The notes under the pieces are model-generated. The model was not told the DNA's origin, did not search any database, and was given only the letters and a program-made list of their open reading frames with translations. The position numbers and the translations under genes were made by a program. DNA of 64,000 nucleotides from Candidatus Cloacimonadales bacterium (lineage in GTDB: Bacteria > Cloacimonadota > Cloacimonadia > Cloacimonadales > JAIOQZ01), in contig OY762463.1 in NCBI GenBank assembly GCA_963665815.1, forward strand, positions 126,737 to 190,736, given 5' to 3'. This document shows, piece by piece, positions 10,214-20,147 of this stretch; position 1 is the stretch's first letter; the number at the start of each line of letters is the position of its first letter.

Positions 10214-11233
10214 TTAACTCTTTATTTTTTTCATTTTTTTAACAAGTTCGGGAAGTCTTTTCATTGCAACAATAACTCTTTTCTGCTGCATTGCATCAAT
10301 AGCAGGTGTTCCGAAATATTTCATGTTACTTTCCAGATTTCCGGCTATACCGGATTGAGCTCCTACCATAACATTATCACCGACTTTTAAGTGACCGCCG
10401 GCTCCAACCTGTCCGGCAAGATAAACATTATTACCTATGCCTGTTGAACCGGCAAGTCCAACCTGAGCACAGACAATTGTGTCTTCACCAATTGTACAAT
10501 TATGCCCAATCTGGACAAGGTTATCTATTTTTGTACCACGAGATATTCTGGTTGTTCCAAGTGTAGCTCTGTCAATACAGGAATTTGCTCCGATTTCAAC
10601 ATCATCCTCCAGAACAACATTACCAACCTGTGGAATCTTCTCCTGTTTCTTATCCCATTCAAGATAACCAAAACCATCTGCACCAATAACAGTACCGGAA
10701 TGAAGTATCACTCTGTCTCCGACTGCACAATCATGATAGATATTGACATTCGGATAGAAATGACAGTTACTGCCGATTTTTGTATTTTCACCAATAGAGC
10801 TGTTAGCATCGATTCTGGTATTGTCCCCGATTTCTGCTCCTCTGGCAACAACAACATTAGCTCCCAGACTTACATTACTACCAAGTTTAACATCTTTAGC
10901 AACAATTGCTGAAGGGTGTATTACTGCCTCAATAACTGATTCATCAAGCTTGAGCCATTCTCTTACGAGAAACATAAACATGAAGTAGGGTTTAGGTGTG
11001 TAGATAACATTTCTGTCTTCGAACTTGAAGTTCGGAGTTGAAATCAGAAGACCGGCATTGGATTGCTCAGCCTGCTCAAGAAACTTTGGGTTTTCTATAA
11101 AACAAATTGAGCTTGAATTGGCCTCTGCAAGTTCAGCGACATTATCAAATTCGCAATCGTTGAGAATTCTAAAATCGCCCTGAATTTTTGTCTTAAGTAT
11201 ATCTGTATTTATTTTAAGCTTGAATTTTTTCAT
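10214..11233 (-). CDS. lpxD: UDP-3-O-acylglucosamine N-acyltransferase
   Basis: IGADGFGY, KIPQVG.V, IDRA, KIDNLVQIGHN. Confidence 0.96.
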   Translation of the reverse strand: MKKFKLKINTDILKTKIQGDFRILNDCEFDNVAELAEANSSSICFIENPKFLEQAEQSNAGLLISTPNFKFEDRNVIYTPKPYFMFMFLVREWLKLDESVIEAVIHPSAIVAKDVKLGSNVSLGANVVVARGAEIGDNTRIDANSSIGENTKIGSNCHFYPNVNIYHDCAVGDRVILHSGTVIGADGFGYLEWDKKQEKIPQVGNVVLEDDVEIGANSCIDRATLGTTRISRGTKIDNLVQIGHNCTIGEDTIVCAQVGLAGSTGIGNNVYLAGQVGAGGHLKVGDNVMVGAQSGIAGNLESNMKYFGTPAIDAMQQKRVIVAMKRLPELVKKMKKIKS

Positions 11234-11241
11234 TTACTTCC

Positions 11242-11904
11242 TCATTTACCTGCTTTAGGTGGCTCAGGAGCTTTAAACTCTTCCTTATCGAAAGGATCGT
11301 GAGTTTCATTTTTCTTATCATCCTGCTTCTTGTCATCTTCTTTTGGTCTATCAAATGGATCGCTGCTTTCATCTGATTCATTGGTGATAATCTGTCCTTC
11401 ACTGTCCAGTTCATCAATAACAAGTTGTGTAATATCTATTCCGGGTACAGCATATACAACAGTTCCACCGGAAGCATCCAGTACTATCGAATAATTATTC
11501 TGGTCAGCAACTCTTTTGATTGCTTCCTGAAGTTTAACAAGAATCGGTTCAAGGAGCTCATTGTTTCTCTGAGCTGCCAGACCATTTTCACCAAAAATGC
11601 TTTCGATAAAGTCATTAAGCTCTTTTTCTTTTTCTTCGATAAGCTTTTCGGCTTCTTCTCTACCTGAATCAGTAAGAATTACTTTTTTAGCTTCGTAATC
11701 ATTTTTCAATTGAGTAATGGCTGCTTTTTTCTCGTTGATCTGCTTATCCCAATTCTGCTGATAATTACTGAATTCCGTTTTAGCATCAACGATGTCTTTT
11801 GCTTTATTCATTATTTCCTGAGTATCTATATAGGCAGCTTTAAATTCTACTGCACTGCATAATATTACAATTAAAAGCATAGCTGCAATTATTATTTTTT
11901 TCAT
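11242..11904 (-). CDS. skp: Skp/OmpH periplasmic chaperone with an acidic C-terminal extension
   Basis: Signal peptide, coiled coil, YSIVLD...VVYA...DIT..VI motif. GGAGG RBS before the ATG at 11904. Lies upstream of lpxD. Confidence 0.85.
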   Translation of the reverse strand: MKKIIIAAMLLIVILCSAVEFKAAYIDTQEIMNKAKDIVDAKTEFSNYQQNWDKQINEKKAAITQLKNDYEAKKVILTDSGREEAEKLIEEKEKELNDFIESIFGENGLAAQRNNELLEPILVKLQEAIKRVADQNNYSIVLDASGGTVVYAVPGIDITQLVIDELDSEGQIITNESDESSDPFDRPKEDDKKQDDKKNETHDPFDKEEFKAPEPPKAGK

Positions 11905-11977
11905 TGTATCCTCCAATAAAAATCTGACTATCAAAAATTATTATCTGAAAATTTGAGTCAACAAAAACGTACTTCAA

Positions 11978-14509
11978 TTACAATTTATCAATAATTTTCT
12001 TTTTTAACTCCTTAACTCCCTCAAACTCAGAATCAAGTTCAATAATCTTGTCAAGAATCTGCATTGCTTCTCCATATGACCCTTTTTCATATAAGACTCC
12101 ACCCAAAACAAAATTCATGTCAATATTTTCCGGTTGAAGTTTTATGAACTTTTTCAAAGGTTCCTCTATAATTTCATAATTACCTGTACGGTATGCAATA
12201 GGTAACAAAGACTGCAATGCTTTTGTAAATTGTGGATTTATCTCAAGAGCACCAAGATAATATCTGACAGCATCATCTGTCAATCCATTGCTTTCTGAGA
12301 TTATTCCTTTGCCCAGAATAGCATTAACATTTTCTCTGTTTAAATCCAATGCCCGGTTCAAATGACTCTCAGCACTTGATATGTCAGAAAACATAAGATA
12401 GTAAGTTGCATAAGTAACATGTATTTCATCATTATCAGGATCACTATCCAAGGCTTTTTTTAGAAGATGTTCAGCTTCGAAAGCTCTTTCCAGTTTTATG
12501 AGAAGCAGAGCTTTCTGATTCAATATTTCTGCTTTGAGAGCTGAGTTGTGCACATCGTCAATTGCTATTCTATTGATTTTATTGTATGCTTCCTGTATCA
12601 TATTCTGTTTCTGAAGAGCTATACATGATTTAAGTAGTACATCAGGATCATCCGGAATCATTTCCTGGTAAACATCTACCATTTCATAATCACCATTGAG
12701 ATAATAAAGATCGATCAGTTCTTTGATTAAATCCGTATTACCCGGATCCTCAGCAATTCTTGACTTAACAAACTCAATTTTGTCGTCCATATCTGCATCA
12801 TCAGGAATTGAAGGAACTGCTATTTCTCCGGAGGAAGCAGTGCTCCTATTGTCTGGAGATAATGTATTATCCGGATTACTCTGATTTTCAACCTTATAAA
12901 TAAATGTATCAAAAGCACAGATGAGTCTTCTTCCCATTCTCGCACATTGAAGAATAAGCTCCAGCCAGTTTGTGTGAAAGTTTGATTGTGTTAGTTCGGC
13001 TTGCATGAGTATATCTTTTCTTACTGCGAACACGGGAGATTTTGCATATTCAAGCTCACAGGACTGTCCGGTCATTGAGTATGTTAACTGCAAAGCTTTT
13101 GTTGATGGATGCATTTGCTGTTTAAAGTCAATGTAATTCCTGTAGTATAAGTTATCTCCCGGAATCTGTTCATTTTTGAGAGGGAGAATAATACCGACAT
13201 TTTCGGAAACAGCAAAATGATTTTCCATAAATATCGGCATCACTGGGGACATATGGAAGTCTGAGTCACAAAACAGTACAATCTCAGCACGTGAATCTTC
13301 CGCTGCTTTCTGAGCCTGTTGTAAAATGTTTTCCCGATCAGGTCCGTTATAGCTGAAGAATAAGTCACTTTTATTGCTGTATTTATTGATAAATTCAGTC
13401 TTTTCGTTATCATTTGAAGTATTTACAGCAAGAAGAATCTTCCTTTCTGAATCTGTATCAAGCAGTTTAAGCGCTTCTTCAATAACCAGTTTTGAGGAAT
13501 TTCCGTTTCTTTCTGACACAAAAGATTGAGCTGATTCAGCAGATTTATCTGAATTCAATGGAGTCATCAGAGACTTATAAAGAAGATCTTTCAGTTTGTT
13601 GACATCCGAAAACCTGTAGCCAATATCACGGAATCTGTATTCCAGATCATCAGGATGATAGTTGATGTAGTTTTCGATTGTAGGGCTATCAAAAAGAAGA
13701 ACAGGTTTTTTGCAGGCTGCAAACTCAAATATAACTGAAGAAACATCTGAAATAAGAATGTCTCCGGCAATAAAGCACTCAGCAATATCCTGAGCTTCTG
13801 AATAGAAAACGTTGCTGTGCATACTTGCCAGACTGCTGTATTTTCTTCGCCATTCTTCAGGGGCAGCACCGTGCAGTTTTATGATAATATTAAAATAATC
13901 CGGAACCAACTCAGGGATTCTATCTTCAATATGAGGCACTATACTGAATTCAGGATTAAATGTCGGGGCAAACAGTACAGTTTTCTTTTCAGGATCAAGT
14001 TTCATTTTTTTAAGAATCTCTTTCTGTTTATGAAGATTCATGAAAACATGATCAAGTTTGGGCATTCCTGTTACTACAATTTTCGTTCTTACCAGTTTTT
14101 CCAGTGTAGATTTATGGATTTCACCAGGAACACAAAGAAGATCCGCACAGTTTTCCCTGAGGGAAATTAAGCGATCCGTGAAGAACCAGCCTTTGGAGAT
14201 TGTGCCATGACCGATGTTGACTATTTTGCCAAGTCCTTCTGTATACTGGTAACTGAAGTCAGCCATGAAAGTAATATCCGGACTGTAAGCATATGGATCA
14301 GTGATTACTCTGTAGGGTACTTCAATATTGGCTTTCAGAAAATCTTCTCTTATCCCATATCCGGGATTACCATATGAAGATGGAATGAAAGATTGGCAAA
14401 ATATACCTGTTTCTCCAAGTTTATTTTCATGGATATGTTTCATCAGATTGTGAAGCAGGGGAAGATGTAATTCGCGCTCTAAAAAAAATAGGAATTTTAC
14501 TTCGGGCAT
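11978..14509 (-). CDS. CDP-glycerol glycerophosphotransferase-family domain + GT2-like domain + TPR repeats
   Basis: GHG..SK, TGMPKLD, VLFAPT, IKLH, DILISDVSS; central FCDSD (DxD) region; C-terminal TPR repeats. Confidence 0.78.
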   Translation of the reverse strand: MPEVKFLFFLERELHLPLLHNLMKHIHENKLGETGIFCQSFIPSSYGNPGYGIREDFLKANIEVPYRVITDPYAYSPDITFMADFSYQYTEGLGKIVNIGHGTISKGWFFTDRLISLRENCADLLCVPGEIHKSTLEKLVRTKIVVTGMPKLDHVFMNLHKQKEILKKMKLDPEKKTVLFAPTFNPEFSIVPHIEDRIPELVPDYFNIIIKLHGAAPEEWRRKYSSLASMHSNVFYSEAQDIAECFIAGDILISDVSSVIFEFAACKKPVLLFDSPTIENYINYHPDDLEYRFRDIGYRFSDVNKLKDLLYKSLMTPLNSDKSAESAQSFVSERNGNSSKLVIEEALKLLDTDSERKILLAVNTSNDNEKTEFINKYSNKSDLFFSYNGPDRENILQQAQKAAEDSRAEIVLFCDSDFHMSPVMPIFMENHFAVSENVGIILPLKNEQIPGDNLYYRNYIDFKQQMHPSTKALQLTYSMTGQSCELEYAKSPVFAVRKDILMQAELTQSNFHTNWLELILQCARMGRRLICAFDTFIYKVENQSNPDNTLSPDNRSTASSGEIAVPSIPDDADMDDKIEFVKSRIAEDPGNTDLIKELIDLYYLNGDYEMVDVYQEMIPDDPDVLLKSCIALQKQNMIQEAYNKINRIAIDDVHNSALKAEILNQKALLLIKLERAFEAEHLLKKALDSDPDNDEIHVTYATYYLMFSDISSAESHLNRALDLNRENVNAILGKGIISESNGLTDDAVRYYLGALEINPQFTKALQSLLPIAYRTGNYEIIEEPLKKFIKLQPENIDMNFVLGGVLYEKGSYGEAMQILDKIIELDSEFEGVKELKKKIIDKL

Positions 14510-14540
14510 AATGTCTCCGGAATTATAAAAGAGTGATAGA

Positions 14541-14569
14541 AAATAAAGAGACCTGAATTAACAGGTCTC
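14541..14569 (-). terminator. Probable intrinsic terminator after the DUF2723 gene
   Basis: GAGACCTG-AATTAA-CAGGTCTC perfect 8-bp stem followed by a U-rich tail on the minus strand. Confidence 0.6.
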
Positions 14570-14578
14570 AAAGCTTAT

Positions 14579-17560
14579 TTATTCAGTAATGCTGAAATTT
14601 TCAATCAGCATGTCTACTTGTTCTTTATTATGATATGGCTTAACTGTTTCCAGCGCTTTTATTGCTATATCTTTGTTCTTAGTATTATTATAATACCTGA
14701 TAATCATTCTCAGCATTTTTTTATATTGAGGATCTACTTCTACAACTTTTTCAAGAAGATTACTTGCCTCGTCCTTATACTTTTGTTTATCTGTAGTATT
14801 TTCCAGATTGGCAATATAAAGTTTCATCTGAATATTAAGGTCATAATAGTCACCGGTTCCGGGATTAAGAGAAAGACCTTTTGCAAGAATTTCTTCAGCT
14901 TTTTCGAATTCTCCTGTTCTTTTGTAGTGATCTATTGCAAGTTTATAGAGTTGGATGATATTATCAAGAATTGATGATTTGTTCTGGATGAATTTAAATC
15001 CTTCTTCCATATAGTGTACGGCTTTTTCATAATCATTTATTGTAAGATAATACTGTGATAATCTGGTAATGTATGAAGCTCCGTAGTTATTAACAAGTCG
15101 AGTAATATTATCATCTTTATAAACAGAATCATCGAATATGCTTTTGTATGTATATACTTCTGTAACATTCTTCTCAAGTCGTTCAATATTGAAATCTGCA
15201 TTAAGGATTGAAGATGTTCTACCGTATTGGTACAGCATGGAAGAAAATTCTGCATCAGGATCCGGTATCTGTTTTCCATCAACTTCATATACATAATTGT
15301 ATATAGCAGGGCGCAGAGCAATTTCTTTTCTCCAGATACCGTCTTTACCCTTTTCCATTGGAATTGGTTTCCAGTTATTCATATCTCCAAATATAGCAAC
15401 ATTTTTTGCCTTAGGAGCATCCAGTTTAAATTCATATTTGTTTACAGCAACCAGTCTGTCTACCATTCCTTCATTTCTCAGGTATTTGTTGATACCAAGT
15501 TTGCGAATAAAGTCATCCGGAATGGTTACAGCGAAATATATGGGACGTTTTCCAAAATTATCTTTGATAATCTGAATTACTGCCAGATCTCTGGTATAAA
15601 GTACTTCTTTTTCATTAAGATGTACTGCGATGTTTTGTCCCGGACGCTGACCTTCTATATTAATATAGCCGGAGCGTCTGTTCATTCTCGGAAACAATAC
15701 GTTTCCGGGGGTTTCCGGTTCAATCTGCTTATCAGGAATTGTGAATTCAACAGCTTCTTTATCTCGAATCTGTTTTATATACCAGCCTGTATTGAGCAGA
15801 CTTAGGTTGGCAATGGAAACATCTTTTCTTATACCCTTACACTGCTCGTTCTTATATGCAATTGCATCGGCTATTTTAGCTTTCATGTTTTCATCAGGAT
15901 AAACATCTTCTGCTGGATAAATATGTTCTTCAGCTTCCGGATCATGTACAGCTTGAGCATACCATAATGGGAAAGTATCATTGTCTCCATTTGTGAAGAT
16001 AATTGCATTTTCTTCAAGAGAGTTCAGGAAGTTTTGTCCATAACCAATTGCAACAAACTCTTTGGATCTGTCATGGATATGGTAGTGAGATGCAAGATGA
16101 AGTACAGGTAATGCGGCAAAAAGTATCAGAGCTACATAACTTAAAGGTCTGATATTGTTCCAGAGTAATTTGATAATACCAACGCATCCGATAGCCATCC
16201 AGATGGTCCAGAGGTAATAGGCGTTTGTAAAGAAATACTCTCTGTCTCTTACTTCTTCTGTAGAAAGGTTACTCACAAGAATCATAGCAAATGAACTCAT
16301 AAAATAGAATGCCATGAAATACGCAAAAGAGTGTCGGTTCTTTCTTATCTGGTATACAATTCCAGTAAAACCTAATGGTAATACAATAAGGATATTAAAG
16401 AAGTTCTTTACTAATCTCACCGGCAGGTTTACCCATTCAGCTATAGTATCTGCATTAAAAAACTGCCATTGGAAATAACGCCAGAAATGATAATCTAACT
16501 GATAAAATAATGTAGCTCTTCTTTCAAGGAAAGAAACATTGCCATATTGACGTCTTAATATATAGTTAGTGAATAATTCCCAGTTATGTGGGTGACCTTC
16601 ATTCATGAATGGTCTGAGAGCTGATCTTATCCAGAGATATATGTGTGGAGAAAATCCGATTCCAATAAATATTAATGCCAGAATCCAGGTTCTTTTGCTT
16701 ATATCTTTTCTTAAATGGAATACAATCATTGCAATAGCAAGAAATGCGAACATCCATTTTCCAAGGCTTGGGAATTGTACTTTTTCAGCAATACCATTGA
16801 ATATTGCATAAACAACCATTAATAATACAATGTAAACAACGGTGCGTACCCAGAATGATGAAGTCCTGAAACTTTTACTGATTTGCGGGTAAAATACTAT
16901 GAATAGTAAAGCAGGTGCAAGTTGAAGTGATGTCTGGTGAATACTGAATCCGAGAAAAAATACATAGATAATCAGCATCAGGATATTCTGATGAGACATG
17001 TTTCTGTGTTTCTCAACCCAGAGAAGAGTGAGCCAGATTACCAGATTAAGGATAAGTGCAAGCCCTGCATAAACCTCAGCTTCCACTGCGTTGTTCCAGA
17101 ATGTGTAGGAAAATGCAGTATAAACTGAAGCTGCAATTCCTGCAAAAACAATCAGCCATGGTTTTTTCTCAAACATAGAAATCAATTGAACTGTAATGAG
17201 ATAAATCAGCATTACCGCAAGAGCGGACATCAACGCTGAAATAAAAGCTACAACCTGAGCATGGGGAAGACCAAAATCAAATATCGTGAAGAAGCGCCCC
17301 AATATGATGTAGAATGGGTTGCCGGGAGGGTGTGGAACACCGAGAATACTACTTGAAGTAATGTATTCTCCACAATCCCAGAAAGATAATGATCTTGCCT
17401 GAGTCAGGAAGTAAATTAAAAGTGAGAATGCAAACACAGCCGTCGCAGTAATCCTGTTTACTAAGTTCGGGACTATTCGTTGCGGTCTGGTTACATCATG
17501 ACTTGAAAGTGAAGACTTTATAATATCTGTATGTCCTGTTTCTTTCATTAATTTCTCCAT
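14579..17560 (-). CDS. DUF2723 (TMEM260-like, GT-C-type) membrane protein with an inserted CBM48-like domain and C-terminal TPRs
   Basis: SFWDCGEY, GVPHPPG.P, EAEVY, RRQY, R.R.YF, IIFTNGDNDTFPLWY.Q, NLSLLNT.WY motifs. Confidence 0.88.
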   Translation of the reverse strand: MEKLMKETGHTDIIKSSLSSHDVTRPQRIVPNLVNRITATAVFAFSLLIYFLTQARSLSFWDCGEYITSSSILGVPHPPGNPFYIILGRFFTIFDFGLPHAQVVAFISALMSALAVMLIYLITVQLISMFEKKPWLIVFAGIAASVYTAFSYTFWNNAVEAEVYAGLALILNLVIWLTLLWVEKHRNMSHQNILMLIIYVFFLGFSIHQTSLQLAPALLFIVFYPQISKSFRTSSFWVRTVVYIVLLMVVYAIFNGIAEKVQFPSLGKWMFAFLAIAMIVFHLRKDISKRTWILALIFIGIGFSPHIYLWIRSALRPFMNEGHPHNWELFTNYILRRQYGNVSFLERRATLFYQLDYHFWRYFQWQFFNADTIAEWVNLPVRLVKNFFNILIVLPLGFTGIVYQIRKNRHSFAYFMAFYFMSSFAMILVSNLSTEEVRDREYFFTNAYYLWTIWMAIGCVGIIKLLWNNIRPLSYVALILFAALPVLHLASHYHIHDRSKEFVAIGYGQNFLNSLEENAIIFTNGDNDTFPLWYAQAVHDPEAEEHIYPAEDVYPDENMKAKIADAIAYKNEQCKGIRKDVSIANLSLLNTGWYIKQIRDKEAVEFTIPDKQIEPETPGNVLFPRMNRRSGYINIEGQRPGQNIAVHLNEKEVLYTRDLAVIQIIKDNFGKRPIYFAVTIPDDFIRKLGINKYLRNEGMVDRLVAVNKYEFKLDAPKAKNVAIFGDMNNWKPIPMEKGKDGIWRKEIALRPAIYNYVYEVDGKQIPDPDAEFSSMLYQYGRTSSILNADFNIERLEKNVTEVYTYKSIFDDSVYKDDNITRLVNNYGASYITRLSQYYLTINDYEKAVHYMEEGFKFIQNKSSILDNIIQLYKLAIDHYKRTGEFEKAEEILAKGLSLNPGTGDYYDLNIQMKLYIANLENTTDKQKYKDEASNLLEKVVEVDPQYKKMLRMIIRYYNNTKNKDIAIKALETVKPYHNKEQVDMLIENFSITE

Positions 17561-17671
17561 AAAATATAATTATTTTTAAAATTCATTTATAATATCATTG
17601 AGTCAAGCAAATAAATTAGAGATAATACTATTACAGCAAAATCTACCGCTCTAAGTATGCTGACCCACTAA

Positions 17672-18499
17672 TCAGATTTTGTTTTCGAACAGGGCTGATA
17701 GATAACCCACAACCTCTCGGTTATCTCCGGTAACTTTCCCTGAATGAGTATAGGAAACAATAACTGGTGGGTTTGTTTCCAGTTTGTCTGCTATATGCAT
17801 TATTGTCATTACAGTTCCAAAACCACATGCCTCAGTATCTCGATATGCAAGTTTATTCTGCATGCTGTCAATATCCATATTCTTTAGAAGATCAATGAAT
17901 AAACTGTCTTTAATCTCCGCTGTAGCAGCATTATGGAAATGAGATAAATCCGTGCTGGCAACAAACAGAGTGTTCTCCATATCATTGATTGCTTCTGACA
18001 GAATTTTTCCGAGCAGTCTACTGTTGTGTTTCTGTTGATTGCTTATAACAATCGGAACAAGAAGAAAATCACCCAAAAAGTATTTCAGTAGAGGCAGTTG
18101 TACTTCGAGAGAATGTTCAGCCTCAAATGCCTGAGGAATGAATTCGCAATGCTCAGATTCCAGAAGTTTCGTTATCACAGTTTTATCAGTTTTGATGTTG
18201 CCATTGGGAGTTTCAAACTTATCGAAGTTTCCTATGGAAAAATCAAAACCACCTAATCTGTGACTCGGGGCTATTACAACAACACGCTTATAATCGAACT
18301 GTCTCAATTGTCTGATGCAGTCAACAGCACATTGTCCGGAATAAACATAACCAGCATGTGGTAAAATTACACATGCCGGTTTGTTAATCTTTATGTTCTT
18401 ATCAGATTCTTCATCCATAATTTTTATTGTTTTCAATAATGCTTCTGCATTACCCGGATAGAAAGAACCTGCAAACTTAGTTTTCTTTGTTTTGCTCAT
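17672..18499 (-). CDS. amrB: AmmeMemoRadiSam system protein B (MEMO1 family)
   Basis: AGSFYP, PHAGYVYSG, PSH, EHSLEVQLP, STDLSHF, ACG, VVGY. Confidence 0.92.
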   Translation of the reverse strand: MSKTKKTKFAGSFYPGNAEALLKTIKIMDEESDKNIKINKPACVILPHAGYVYSGQCAVDCIRQLRQFDYKRVVVIAPSHRLGGFDFSIGNFDKFETPNGNIKTDKTVITKLLESEHCEFIPQAFEAEHSLEVQLPLLKYFLGDFLLVPIVISNQQKHNSRLLGKILSEAINDMENTLFVASTDLSHFHNAATAEIKDSLFIDLLKNMDIDSMQNKLAYRDTEACGFGTVMTIMHIADKLETNPPVIVSYTHSGKVTGDNREVVGYLSALFENKI

Positions 18500-18533
18500 C
18501 TCACTCCCTTAACGAATGAAAACTGTATTCATG

Positions 18534-20135
18534 TCATTTTTTTTTATTCTTTTTTGCTGCTTTTATGAAACTTGCAAAAATAGGGTGCGGTGTATTAGGT
18601 CTGGATTTGAATTCAGGATGAAACTGAACACCAATATAGAATGGGTGGTCCTTAATCTCTACAATCTCTACAAGCAAATCGTCAGGAGATTTACCTGTAA
18701 TCATCATACCGTTTTCAGTAAGTACATCTCTGTATCTGTTATTAAACTCATATCTATGTCTGTGTCTTTCTGAAATAGTTTTGTTGTCGTATATGCTTCT
18801 CGCTAATGATCCTTCCATAAGAGAACATTCATATGATCCAAGTCTCATATTTCCACCGTATTGATCGATATAGCTATGGTCTTCCATTAAATCTATAATA
18901 GGGTTTTCACAATGTTCATCGAATTCTGTACTGTATACATCAGGTACATTACAAACATGTTTAGCATACTCAACAACGGCAATCTGCATACCAAGGCATA
19001 TTCCAAAGAAAGGTATTTTGTTCTCTCTGGCATATTTAGCAATGCTGATTTTACCGTTAATTCCTCTGACTCCGAATCCACCGGGAACAAGGATACCATC
19101 AACCCCGTCGAGTTCCTTTTCTATTACATCTGCAGTGTCTGTTCGCTCTGAATCAATCCACCTTATGTTCAGTTTGACTTTATTTTCAGCTGAAGCGTGT
19201 ATCAATGCCTGTTCAACGCTTTTGTATGCATCCTGATGAATAACGTATTTTCCACAGACAGCGATTGTGACTTCTTCGGTGCTTGTTCTGAGGTTTGTCA
19301 GATATGTCTCCCAGTCGGAGAAATCACTTTGTTTATAATTAAGATCAAGCAGATCGCAAAGTACTTTATCCAGACCGGCTTCTTTATATACAAGTGGTAC
19401 GGAATAAACAGAATCTACATCAATTGCATTTATAACATGATCTTTCTTAACATTTGTAAATAGAGCAATTTTTGATTTGATATCATCATCAAACTTCTTT
19501 TCTGATCGGCAGAGAAGAATGTCCGGTTGAATACCAATTCCTCTAAGCGTATGAACACTGTGCTGGGTTGGTTTTGTTTTCAATTCTCCTGCAGCCTTGA
19601 CAAGTGGTACATAAGTAAGGAATACATATATACCGTTTTTTTCGCCAAGTTCCAGTTTAAATTGTCTAATTGCTTCCAGAAAAGGTAAACTTTCTATATC
19701 ACCGATTGTTCCACCTACTTCCACAAGAACGATATCATTTTCTTTTTCGATTTTTCTGATATTGTAAATAATTTCATTGGTGATGTGTGGAACTACCTGA
19801 ACTGTTTTTCCAAGATAATCACCGCGACGTTCTTTTCTGATAACGCTATCATAAATTTGACCGGATGTCGTGTTAGAGTGTTTCCCCATGTTTTTGTCGA
19901 TGAATCTCTCGTAGTGTCCAAGATCAAGGTCTGCCTCAGCTCCATCATCTGTTACAAAAACTTCTCCGTGCTGGAAAGGACTCATTGTTCCCGGATCTAC
20001 ATTAAGATATGGATCAAGTTTAATCATTCCGATTGAATAACCCATTTTTTTAAGAAGCAGCCCTATTGAAGAAGAGGCTATTCCTTTACCAAGTGAAGAT
20101 ACAACTCCGCCCATAACAAAAATATACTTTGTCAT
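18534..20135 (-). CDS. pyrG: CTP synthase
   Basis: GGVVSSLGKG, DPYLNVDPGTMSP.QHGE, GICLGMQ, QFHPEF. Confidence 0.98.
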   Translation of the reverse strand: MTKYIFVMGGVVSSLGKGIASSSIGLLLKKMGYSIGMIKLDPYLNVDPGTMSPFQHGEVFVTDDGAEADLDLGHYERFIDKNMGKHSNTTSGQIYDSVIRKERRGDYLGKTVQVVPHITNEIIYNIRKIEKENDIVLVEVGGTIGDIESLPFLEAIRQFKLELGEKNGIYVFLTYVPLVKAAGELKTKPTQHSVHTLRGIGIQPDILLCRSEKKFDDDIKSKIALFTNVKKDHVINAIDVDSVYSVPLVYKEAGLDKVLCDLLDLNYKQSDFSDWETYLTNLRTSTEEVTIAVCGKYVIHQDAYKSVEQALIHASAENKVKLNIRWIDSERTDTADVIEKELDGVDGILVPGGFGVRGINGKISIAKYARENKIPFFGICLGMQIAVVEYAKHVCNVPDVYSTEFDEHCENPIIDLMEDHSYIDQYGGNMRLGSYECSLMEGSLARSIYDNKTISERHRHRYEFNNRYRDVLTENGMMITGKSPDDLLVEIVEIKDHPFYIGVQFHPEFKSRPNTPHPIFASFIKAAKKNKKK

Positions 20136-20147
20136 TATTTCTCCTGT

